Source: an uncultured Chloroflexia bacterium (lineage in GTDB: Bacteria > Chloroflexota > Limnocylindria > Limnocylindrales > CSP1-4). From it: a DNA stretch of 36,392 nucleotides. Below the pieces are notes generated by a model. It was not told the DNA's origin, ran no database searches, and worked only from the letters and a program-made list of their open reading frames with translations. The DNA lies in the NCBI GenBank assembly GCA_963720755.1, contig CAVRGP010000003.1, positions 1-36,392 of the forward strand, written 5' to 3'. This document shows positions 1-7,975 of this stretch, one piece after another. The translations under genes and the position numbers were made by a program. The stretch's first letter is position 1. Each line of letters opens with the position of its first letter.

Positions 1-37
1 AGAGACGACTCGACCGGTCAGGGATCGACCCGACAAG

Positions 38-69
38 GACGAATGGCCCTCGAAGCAGGGCCATTCGTC
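38..69. terminator. Perfect 13-bp stem-loop, probable intrinsic terminator of a gene upstream of the window
   Basis: GACGAATGGCCCT (38-50), loop CGAAGC, AGGGCCATTCGTC (57-69) is an exact inverted repeat. No clear U-tract on either strand. Confidence 0.5.
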
Positions 70-72
70 AGA

Positions 73-101
73 TTGCTTCGACGATCCACCAGCCCTACGC
101 T
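73..101 (+). promoter_or_regulatory. Putative sigma70-type promoter
   Basis: TTGCTT (73-78), 17-nt spacer, TACGCT (96-101), upstream of GAGG (121-124) and ATG 132. Confidence 0.4.
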
Positions 102-131
102 CGACGAACGTAGGATGGATGAGGTCTTTCC

Positions 132-332
132 ATGCACATCTTCGGACATCAAAGCGCGCCAGCGATGTCGCCAGGCGCCGTCCGGGCCGGACTTCAGTCA
201 GCAGGTTCGGCGGACGAGAAGCGCCGCACGTGGATGTCGGGACACCCGATCGGTGTGCTGATGTGCGTCCTGACCGGCCACGCGGTGGCGTGGGGGCCGT
301 GCGACCGTTGCCACAGGCGCGCCGCCGGCTGA
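132..332 (+). CDS. Small hypothetical protein (66 aa) with C-terminal C-x3-GH...CxRC putative zinc-binding motif
   Basis: GAGG 7 nt before the ATG and a promoter-like motif upstream. C-terminus LMCVLTGHAVAWGPCDRC. Converges on the GT2 gene without overlap. Confidence 0.45.
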   Translation: MHIFGHQSAPAMSPGAVRAGLQSAGSADEKRRTWMSGHPIGVLMCVLTGHAVAWGPCDRCHRRAAG

Positions 333-357
333 CGGCGACCGCACTCGCAGACGGGGC

Positions 358-1209
358 TTAGCTGCCCTCACCCAGTGACGACTCGATCGTGCTCTTGGGA
401 GCATGCTGCGCCGCGACCTGCGGTCGAGACGCGAATCGCTCCCGGAACAGGGTCCGCAGTACCCGCCAGCCGTCCCTGAACGTGTTGAGGTTTGACGCCC
501 CGTAACGTCGAGCCGACTCAAAGCTGGGGATCTCGGAGACCACGAGGCCCGCCCGGCATGCCTTGACGACGATCTCGGTTTCGATCTCGAACCCGTCGGC
601 GTGGAGAGCAAGGTCGTTGATCCGGCTCCGCCGCAATCCCATATATCCGTAGCACAGTTCGGAGTACGAGGTGGCAAGGAGAAGGTTGGAGAGATCAGTC
701 AGTACCGCATTTCCGACGGCTCGCAGCCTGGTGATGTCCGCGGTGCCTCCGCCGGCAATGAACCGCGACCCCTTGACCAGATCGCTGCCGGTCGCGAGGG
801 CAGCCACGAAGGCCGGGATCTCGGCCGGATCCATGCTTCCATCCGCATCGATCAGGATCACGAACTCGCCGGAGGCTCGGTCGAACCCGGCTCGAACGGC
901 AGCGCCCTTCCCCGGCACCGGGTGTTGAACGATGACAGCGTCTGGCCGGACCGCCAGCGCCACCTCGACGGTCCCATCGTCGGACAGGCCGTCCACGATG
1001 ATGACTTCGTCAACTTCCGGGCCGAGACGTTCCAGGACCCAGCCGACGTTCATGGCCTCGTTCTTGGTCGGGATGACGACGCTGACCCTTGGAGGGCGCG
1101 AGACCTGCCGGTGATCGTCACTGGAGAGCGATCGGTGCTCCCACACGGGTTCGGGTAGTTCCCCCAGACGCTCGATTCCGCGGGCATGCGCCGCATCGCT
1201 GACTATCAA
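358..1209 (-). CDS. Glycosyltransferase family 2, DPM1/polyprenol-phosphate-mannose synthase-like
   Basis: VSVVIPTKNE, IIVDGLSDDGT, GKGAA, IDADGS (DxD), VKGSRF, GFEIETE. Likely start is TTG 1209 behind GGGGG; the ORF-track extension to 1353 looks non-coding. Confidence 0.9.
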   Translation of the reverse strand: MIVSDAAHARGIERLGELPEPVWEHRSLSSDDHRQVSRPPRVSVVIPTKNEAMNVGWVLERLGPEVDEVIIVDGLSDDGTVEVALAVRPDAVIVQHPVPGKGAAVRAGFDRASGEFVILIDADGSMDPAEIPAFVAALATGSDLVKGSRFIAGGGTADITRLRAVGNAVLTDLSNLLLATSYSELCYGYMGLRRSRINDLALHADGFEIETEIVVKACRAGLVVSEIPSFESARRYGASNLNTFRDGWRVLRTLFRERFASRPQVAAQHAPKSTIESSLGEGS

Positions 1210-1257
1210 TTCAAGCCCCCATGAAATGATGGATGAATGGTGGAGGTGGAAAGTCCG

Positions 1258-1338
1258 TACGGTACCGTAGTACTGGACGCCGTGGTACCTTCGGGTTGCG
1301 ATTTGCTCGGCAATGTGTTGACCAGCGTCAACACTTGC
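1258..1338. promoter_or_regulatory. Divergent promoter region with palindromes (possible bidirectional -10 and operator)
   Basis: TACGGTACCGTA (1258-1269) is a perfect palindrome giving TAnnnT on both strands. GTGTTGAC-N4-GTCAACAC (1315-1334) is a perfect inverted repeat. Confidence 0.4.
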
Positions 1339-1415
1339 TGCTGGCGTCGACATCCGGACCGCCTTGCCCGCCGACCGGGCACCTTGAGAATGGTCATGCC
1401 CCGCCGGAGGTGAGC

Positions 1416-2609
1416 TTGGATCGGTCGAGGCCGCGCATCCTCGTTGTGGGTGCCGGGACCCGCTTCCTGAGCGGCATGAGTTACTACACCCTGCGGCTCA
1501 CGAACGCTCTGGGCCGCTCGTTCCCGGTCGGTCTGATCACGATGCGCCAACTGATGCCGACTCGTCTGTACCCGGGAGCGGGCCGTGTCGGCGCGATCGT
1601 TCCGGCTCTTGGGGTCGACCCGGACGTCGACGTCCTGCCCGACGTCGACTGGCATTGGGTTCCGAGCGTTCTGCGCGCGGCCGCCGGTCTCATTCGCTGG
1701 CGGCCAGACGTCGTCGTGTTCCAGTGGTGGACGGGGACCGTCGTCCACACCTACCTGGCGCTTGCCTTGATCGCCAGGCTGCGCGGGGCAAAAGTCGTGA
1801 TCGAATTCCATGAGGTCCTGGACACCGGTGAGGACCGCATCCGCCTGGTCCGCTGGTACATCCGCATCGTGGCCCCACTCTTCATCAGGCTGGCGACAGG
1901 TTATGTCGTCCACAGTGACTCGGACCTCCAACCGCTTTCGCGTCGGTATCACATCGGTCATCGGCCGTCGACCATCATCGCCCACGGCCCGTACGATCAG
2001 CATCTGACGGATCCATCGGAAGCGGATGCCATTCGCAGCGCCCCCGACGACGCGTTGAACGTCCTCTTCTTTGGCGTGATCCGGCCATTCAAGGGCCTGG
2101 AAGACCTCGTCGAGGCCTTCGATGGCCTTCGCGACGATGAGATCGCCCGATACTGGCTGACCGTCGTCGGCGAGACATGGGAGGGCTGGGATCTGCCGAT
2201 CGAAAGGATCAAGGCGAGCCGTCATCGAGACCGGATCACGCTCATGAACCATTATGTCGATGATGCGGATGTCGGCCGGATCTTCGACGGCGCAGACGCC
2301 GTCGTCCTTCCCTACCATCGATCCTCTGCCAGCGGCCCGGCCCAGCTGGCGATGAGTCATGGCCTTCCGCTCGTGATCACAGCCGTTGGTGGATTGCCGT
2401 CGGCAGTTTCGGGATACGACGGCGCGCTGCTCATCGCCCCGAAGGACATCGATGCCTTGCGCCAGGCCATCCGGCGACTTCCCGAGATGCGTGGGCAGCG
2501 ATACGCGGATCCCCACTCGTGGGACACCACCGTCGAGTCATACGCCGCCTTCTTCAGGCAGCTGGGCGTGCCCGCTGACCCAGCTCCGGGATCCACGACC
2601 GATGAATGA
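1416..2609 (+). CDS. Glycosyltransferase family 4 (GT-B)
   Basis: LFFGVIRPFKGLEDL, VLPYHRSSASGPAQLAMSHGLPLVITAVGGL. GGAGG (1406-1410) lies 5 nt before TTG 1416. Confidence 0.9.
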   Translation: MDRSRPRILVVGAGTRFLSGMSYYTLRLTNALGRSFPVGLITMRQLMPTRLYPGAGRVGAIVPALGVDPDVDVLPDVDWHWVPSVLRAAAGLIRWRPDVVVFQWWTGTVVHTYLALALIARLRGAKVVIEFHEVLDTGEDRIRLVRWYIRIVAPLFIRLATGYVVHSDSDLQPLSRRYHIGHRPSTIIAHGPYDQHLTDPSEADAIRSAPDDALNVLFFGVIRPFKGLEDLVEAFDGLRDDEIARYWLTVVGETWEGWDLPIERIKASRHRDRITLMNHYVDDADVGRIFDGADAVVLPYHRSSASGPAQLAMSHGLPLVITAVGGLPSAVSGYDGALLIAPKDIDALRQAIRRLPEMRGQRYADPHSWDTTVESYAAFFRQLGVPADPAPGSTTDE

Positions 2610-3516
2610 GCCAGCGCGGACCATCGTGACCGGGGGTGCTGGGTTCGTCGGCGGCCACCTTGTGGACAGACTGGTGGGCGATGGGCACCAGGTCCTTGTC
2701 ATCGATGACCTCTCGACTGGGCGGGTCGAGAACGTGGCTGGTGAGGCCCGTCTCGAGCAGGTCGATATCGCGACTGGTCGGCTGGATGAGCTATTCGACC
2801 ACTGGCGACCATCGGTCGTCTATCACCTCGCCGCGCAGGCGAGCGTCCCGAGCTCGATGGACGACCCCCTCCGTGACATCGCCGTCAATGTGATCGGAAC
2901 GCATCGAGTCGCGCTGGCGTCCCGTCGTGTCGGTGCCGATCGCCTGGTGTTCGTCTCCACCGGAGGGGGGATCTACGGCGAGACCGAACGACCCGCCACA
3001 GAGACGACCATCCCGGCCCCGCATTCGTATTACGGCGCCCACAAACTTGCGGCCGAGAGCCACGTGATGCTATCTGGCCTCCCGTATGCCATCGCCCGGC
3101 CATCCAACATCTACGGTCCCAGGCAAGCTGCCGGACTCGAAGGGGCCGTCGTGGCCGCCTTCATCCGGCAGGCGACCGAAGACGGTCGGTTCCGGATCCA
3201 CGGGGATGGGCAGCAGACGCGGGACCTGATCAATGTGGTCGATGTCGTGCAGGCACTCTGGCGCCTGGGTGTTCCCGAAACTCCGGTTGGCATCTACAAC
3301 GTGTCGTCCGGGCAGGCGACACGGATCAACGACCTCGCCACGATGATCGAGCGCGACCTCGGACGCCGCCTGGAGCGCGTGTCGAGCCCGCGTCGTGCCG
3401 GCGATGTGGTGCACTCGGTCCTTTCGAACGCGCGGCTCCGACACCTGGGCTGGACAGCGACCGTGACGCTGTCGGAAGGCATCGCCTCGCTTCTCAAGGA
3501 CGCGACCTCGGCCTGA
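2602..3516 (+). CDS. NAD-dependent nucleotide-sugar epimerase/dehydratase (UDP-glucose 4-epimerase-like extended SDR)
   Basis: TGGAGFVG Rossmann motif, HLAAQ, YGAHK (YxxxK), NIYGPRQ, GDGQQTRD. ATG 2602 overlaps the end of the GT4 gene. Confidence 0.9.
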   Translation: MNEPARTIVTGGAGFVGGHLVDRLVGDGHQVLVIDDLSTGRVENVAGEARLEQVDIATGRLDELFDHWRPSVVYHLAAQASVPSSMDDPLRDIAVNVIGTHRVALASRRVGADRLVFVSTGGGIYGETERPATETTIPAPHSYYGAHKLAAESHVMLSGLPYAIARPSNIYGPRQAAGLEGAVVAAFIRQATEDGRFRIHGDGQQTRDLINVVDVVQALWRLGVPETPVGIYNVSSGQATRINDLATMIERDLGRRLERVSSPRRAGDVVHSVLSNARLRHLGWTATVTLSEGIASLLKDATSA

Positions 3517-3681
3517 TCGCCCGCCCGCCACTCGCCAGTACTTCTGACCCGTTGCCGGGAAACGACCGCGCCATTTGCCGGGCCATCGACACCGCGTATG
3601 GTGCGGTCACACACTAACGAATCGGCGCTTCGACCTGCCGCGCGCAGGCTACGCGTCCATCGGCATCCGGCGCTCTCGGCC

Positions 3682-3772
3682 GGTCCGCCACGACAAGGGC
3701 ACACCCGTCGCGAGGCGGGGCCGCAAAGCCACGGGACTCACGAAGTCAGCCGGGTTACCGAATGGAGCGACC
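3682..3772 (+). ncRNA. c-di-GMP-I (GEMM) riboswitch
   Basis: CACGACAAGGGCACAC-CCGTC-GCGA-GGCGG-GGCCGCAAAGCC-ACGGGACTCACGAAGTCAGCCGGGTTACCGAATGG. It has the GGGCAnAC motif, GNRA-capped P2, GCAAAGCC junction and GGGTTACCG 3' end of the GEMM consensus, and lies immediately before GGAG/ATG 3773. Confidence 0.92.
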
Positions 3773-5464
3773 ATGTTCTGGGATGGATCTCGCTGGATCG
3801 ACGAACGCCTCAAGCAGCGACGAACGTCGTTCGACGACGGAGCGCACGACCACACACCGACTCAAGGACTGGCTGGCAACGGCCTCGATCGTCGTGATCC
3901 TCGGCGCCCTGGCAGTTCCGGTTGATCGGCGTATCGGCCGCGACGACCCCGGGTCAGCGGCTGGTCAATGATTGGTCCGACGACGTACGCCGTCTCGACG
4001 GTCCAGGACACCAACAACAGGATCATTTACCGTGGTCCCTGGACGCTGGCGCGGCACACGGCCTATCTCGGGGACTCCGTGCGATTCGCCGATAAGGGCG
4101 GTTCGACGGCCAGCCTGACCTTCACCGGGTCGGCGATCTCGTGGATCGGGCCGGTCGGGCCGACCCGCGGAGGGGCGAAGGTCTTCATCGATGGCCGCCT
4201 CGTGAAATTCGTGCACACACATCGCCGCGTGTTCAAGCCCACCAGGGTCCTGTTCACGATGGCCTTCGACGCCGTCCAGACCCACACGATCGAGATCCAG
4301 GTCGTTGGGACGACAAGGCACCCGACTGTGGCCATCGACGCGTTGGCCGTCCGAGGGCAAGCACCGGGCCCGACCATCAGAGGTGGAGTGGTGGTCGATC
4401 CCACGCCATCACCGACACCGAGCCCGACTCCCGCGAGCGACCCACCAGCCCCGACGCCGACCGCAGCGCCTACCGCAACGGCCGCTGCAACGCCGACCCC
4501 GACCCCGACCCCTACCGCAACGGCCGCTGCAACGCCCGCGCCGACCCCGACGGCTGCGCCAAGTGCGGCCAGCGGATCAAGAGCTCTAGGCGTCTACGTG
4601 CATAACTCGGCCTGGAACTACTCACTCCTCGACACCTATGCGAACCAGGTCGGGGCGATGCCGGCGATGGCCCTCAGCTTCAACGACTGGGCGGCGAATG
4701 GGGACGGCGGCAACCTCTTCCCAGCGTCGATGCTGGGTGCCTTCTCGGCGCGCCACATCATGCCGATCGTCACCTGGGAACCTTGGGACTGGAATGGCTC
4801 CGGTAACGACGCCAAGTACAAGCTCGCCAACATCCTGGCCGGAAACTTCGACACCTATATCGACTCATGGGTCCGAGGGGCGAAGGCGTACGGCAAGGTC
4901 TTCTACCTGCGGTTCGGCCACGAGATGAACGGCGACTGGTACCCCTGGGGCGTGGGTGTCAATGGGAATACCCCGAGCCAGTACGTCGCCGTCTGGCGCA
5001 AGATCGTGAACATGTTCCGCGATGGTGGAGCGACGAACGTGCGCTTCGTCTGGTCGCCGAACGTCATCGACACGGACAAGCCGCTGACGGGTCTGTACCC
5101 GGGTAACGCCTATGTCGACATGACCGCCATGGATGGCTACAACTGGGGGACGGCCCGATCCGGTGCCGGTGGGTGGCGATCGTTCGACAAGATCTTTGCG
5201 GCGACCTACGCCCAGATCCTGGCCCTGGCGCCGGCCAAACCCATCATCGTCGCTGAAACTGCGTCGACGGAGTCGGGCGGCAACAAGGCAGTCTGGATCG
5301 CGAACGCCTTCGCCGACATCGCTGCGAACCTGCCTAGACTTGACGGGGTCGTCTGGTTCGACCAGAACAAGGAAACCAACTGGCAGGTCGACTCGTCGTC
5401 CGCGTCGTTGGCAGCGTTCCGACAGGTCTCGCATAGCTCCAATTGGAGCGACAAACTGCCATGA
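3773..5464 (+). CDS. Secreted GH26 (beta-mannanase family) glycoside hydrolase with N-terminal beta-sandwich/CBM-like domain and Pro/Thr/Ala linker; 5' end broken by three apparent +1 frameshifts (continuous ORF 3968-5464)
   Basis: TWEPWDW, LRFGHEMNGDWYPW (acid/base Glu), VWSPN, YPGNAYVD, DGYNWG, IVAETAS (nucleophile Glu). RBS GGAG at 3764-3767. Signal peptide is recoverable across three frames (see findings). Confidence 0.9.
4469..4536 (+). repeat. 26-bp perfect direct repeat (42-bp period) within the Pro/Thr/Ala linker coding region
   Basis: CCTACCGCAACGGCCGCTGCAACGCC at 4469-4494 and 4511-4536, encoding PTATAAATP twice. Confidence 0.85.
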
Positions 5465-5533
5465 CGCGGCGGCAGATGGTCGCAGGGGTGACGTGACGGC
5501 GGGTTCCGTTCAGATCGGGCATCTGCCACCGCG
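5465..5533 (+). other. Long inverted repeat/structured intergenic element between the two GH26 genes
   Basis: CGCGGCGGCAGATG (5465-5478) pairs with CATCTGCCACCGCG (5520-5533) at 13 of 14 positions. The 41-nt interior can form two short hairpins. Confidence 0.45.
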
Positions 5534-5569
5534 CCGGCCCAAGATGACAAGAGCGGCTAATATCACCCG

Positions 5570-6844
5570 GTGTTTGACCACCGAACAGCGACGGACAGGT
5601 CGCACCGAATGATCACACGCCTCACCGGACTTGTGATGGCAGTCGTCGTGGCGTTGAATCTGCTCACGCCATCGGCGTTCGCGACCAGCACGATCTCCGG
5701 GCCATTCATCGCGAAATGTGACGGGGTCGGCCTCCGGACAAGCTCGACGACCAGGGGCACGCGGCGCGCGATCTTGACCGCCGGAACGCGGGTGAAGGTC
5801 GTCGCCAAGGTCAGCGGTCGTCGACATCGGGCGAGTTGTGGGCCGACGACGTACGGGCACGCGTGGTATCGGATCAGCACCGTCAACGGCCAAAGCGTCT
5901 CGTCGCTGTATGGCGTCCGCTACCTGTACGGGGTCGTGCGACAGTTCAAGCCCAGGACCACCAGGGCGCTGGGGGTGTACATCCATGGCTCAGCGTGGAA
6001 CCCGGGGGTGATTGACGCCTACGCGAGGCTGGTCGGCCGAAGGCCGGCGATGGCCCTGAGCTACCACGATTGGGCCGCCAACGGCGACAAGGGCCAGGTC
6101 TTCCCGCGGTCGATGATCGATTCGATGTCGGCACGGGGCGTCACTCCGATCCTCACCTGGGAACCGTGGGATTGGAATCAGGGCAGGTCCCAGTCCGCGT
6201 ATCGGCTGTCCAAGATCGTGGCCGGGACCTATGACGGCTATATCCGGAGCTGGGCGACAGCAGCCAAGGCGTACGGCAAACGTCTGTTCATCCGGTTCGC
6301 CCAGGAGATGAATATCAACACCTACCCGTGGGGTGCCGGCGTGAACGGGAATACGCCGTCCCAGTTCGTGGCGGCATGGCGACACATCGTCGGTATCTTC
6401 CGCGCCGCCGGCGCGACGAACGTCAAGTGGGTCTGGTCACCGAACGTCGAGTACGGGAACGACTTCCCCTTCAGGGCGTACTACCCGGGGGATTCATACG
6501 TGGACTGGGTTGCCCTGGATGGTTACAACTGGGGTAGCACCAGGATCGGCTGGCAATCCTTCGCCAAGGTCTTCGGGGGCTCCTACGATCATATCGTGGC
6601 GCTCGCACCGGGCAAGCCCGTCCTCGTTGCCGAGACGGCTTCGACCGAGTCAGGGGGCAGCAAGGCGACGTGGATCCTGAACGCGTTCCTGTCCGCGATC
6701 CCGACGCGCTTCCCGAAGATCGCCGGCGTCATCTGGTTCGACCAGAAGAAGGAGACGACCTGGCAGGTCAATTCGTCCTCGTCGGCGCTTCGAGCCTTCC
6801 AAAATGTGGTCGCCGACCCCGCCTGGCGGGCGCAGTTTCCCTGA
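5570..6844 (+). CDS. Secreted GH26 glycoside hydrolase paralogue with N-terminal SH3-like domain
   Basis: Signal peptide MITRLTGLVMAVVVALNLLTPSAFA. GVGLRT...GTRVKVV...WYRI is SH3b-like. TWEPWDW, RFAQEMN, DGYNWG, VAETAS. Start is GTG 5570 (6 nt after TAATAT, leaderless-type) or ATG 5609. Confidence 0.9.
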   Translation: MFDHRTATDRSHRMITRLTGLVMAVVVALNLLTPSAFATSTISGPFIAKCDGVGLRTSSTTRGTRRAILTAGTRVKVVAKVSGRRHRASCGPTTYGHAWYRISTVNGQSVSSLYGVRYLYGVVRQFKPRTTRALGVYIHGSAWNPGVIDAYARLVGRRPAMALSYHDWAANGDKGQVFPRSMIDSMSARGVTPILTWEPWDWNQGRSQSAYRLSKIVAGTYDGYIRSWATAAKAYGKRLFIRFAQEMNINTYPWGAGVNGNTPSQFVAAWRHIVGIFRAAGATNVKWVWSPNVEYGNDFPFRAYYPGDSYVDWVALDGYNWGSTRIGWQSFAKVFGGSYDHIVALAPGKPVLVAETASTESGGSKATWILNAFLSAIPTRFPKIAGVIWFDQKKETTWQVNSSSSALRAFQNVVADPAWRAQFP

Positions 6845-6847
6845 CCC

Positions 6848-7975
6848 TCAGTCGCCGCCCCAGATGATGCGCCTGGCATTCCGGTGATAGATCTGCTCGA
6901 GGACATGGTCCGGCAGACCAAGACCGTAGATCCTCCAGTTGCCGTTCAAGGGTCGCGGGCCACCGCCGTACTCGAAGTACTCATCGCGCGTCTCAAGCAA
7001 TCGAAAGTAATTCGAGTAGGTTTCGGCACCGGCGTGATCAGACCCGAACAGCACACGATCGGCGTGCCGGACGAACAGATCGTGAGCTGAATACGGTTGC
7101 CGGCCGATCTCGGCGATGCGTGCCGAGATGTCGACGAAGAGGTTGGCATGTTCGTCGAGCATCTCACCGACGACGCCAAGGTCCTCGGCGGCACCGGCGA
7201 GGTGCGCACCGATGAACGTCGTCTGCGGATGCCCGCGCAACACGGATCGGAACTGATCGAGCAATTCCTGATGGGACGGAAAGCGCGGGTGGTCGCGGTG
7301 GCCACGGGGCCGAGGGGGCCAGTAGTGCCACTCCGGATGCATCCGGAGTTCCTCCCATCGCTCGTTGGTCCGTCGGAGCGGTTCGAAGAACGCCATCGGA
7401 TCCGCGACGTGGATCATGATCGGAAGTCGGACCTCGGCCGCGGCGTCCCAGAGCGGATCCAGCCGTTCGTCGTCGATCGGCACAAGGTCCCCGCGCCCGT
7501 CTCGCGCGTGGAGACCGAGCGTCTTCCACACCTTCAGTCCCCTGGCCCCCGCATCCGCCGATCGGCGCAGCTCATCGGCCATCCGCTGGCCGAAATCATC
7601 AGTCGCGCCGATCAGACCGTAGTCGATAGCGGCGAACACGGCGACCCGATCTCCCAGGCCCCGGAACCGCTCGAGCTCAAGCTCGAGCGGATGACCGAAT
7701 TCCCCGTCCAGGTCGACGATCCTCTCCACACCGGATGCATCGAGGAGACGCTCAAGGTCGCCGGCCGAACGGTCCCCCCAACCAGCGGAGAACGGTCCGC
7801 GCAAGTGGTCATGTGCGTCGATGGCCGCGAAGCGCGGACGGGCGACATCATGCTGCGGGACGGACAGGCTCGATCGGCGGGGCGAGGTGGCGACCCGCGT
7901 GGCCCCGATCATGGCCAGTGAGGCGGCACGTCGCCACATCCTTCCGAAGGCGAGCGTCCTCATGGGTCGGGACAT
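6848..7975 (-). CDS. Amidohydrolase family protein (Amidohydro_2 TIM barrel)
   Basis: IDAHDH (HxH), GARGLKVWK, IHVADP, GAHLAG, VLFGSD, IYHRNARR. Start ATG 7975 behind GAGGT, or ATG 7963. Confidence 0.85.
   Translation of the reverse strand: MSRPMRTLAFGRMWRRAASLAMIGATRVATSPRRSSLSVPQHDVARPRFAAIDAHDHLRGPFSAGWGDRSAGDLERLLDASGVERIVDLDGEFGHPLELELERFRGLGDRVAVFAAIDYGLIGATDDFGQRMADELRRSADAGARGLKVWKTLGLHARDGRGDLVPIDDERLDPLWDAAAEVRLPIMIHVADPMAFFEPLRRTNERWEELRMHPEWHYWPPRPRGHRDHPRFPSHQELLDQFRSVLRGHPQTTFIGAHLAGAAEDLGVVGEMLDEHANLFVDISARIAEIGRQPYSAHDLFVRHADRVLFGSDHAGAETYSNYFRLLETRDEYFEYGGGPRPLNGNWRIYGLGLPDHVLEQIYHRNARRIIWGGD

Noticed and set aside
3696-3700. c-AMP-GMP-sensing (GEMM-Ib) variant
   Set aside because: The discriminating position equivalent to Vc2 G20 is G (3698), not A.
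3923-3925. In-frame TGA between ATG 3773 and the GH26 ORF as selenocysteine or read-through
   Set aside because: The read-through frame gives no signal peptide, whereas the other two frames hold a coherent one. Indels explain it better.
4400-4560. Repeats as a CRISPR array
   Set aside because: Only two in-frame copies encoding a P/T/A linker; no spacers and no cas genes.
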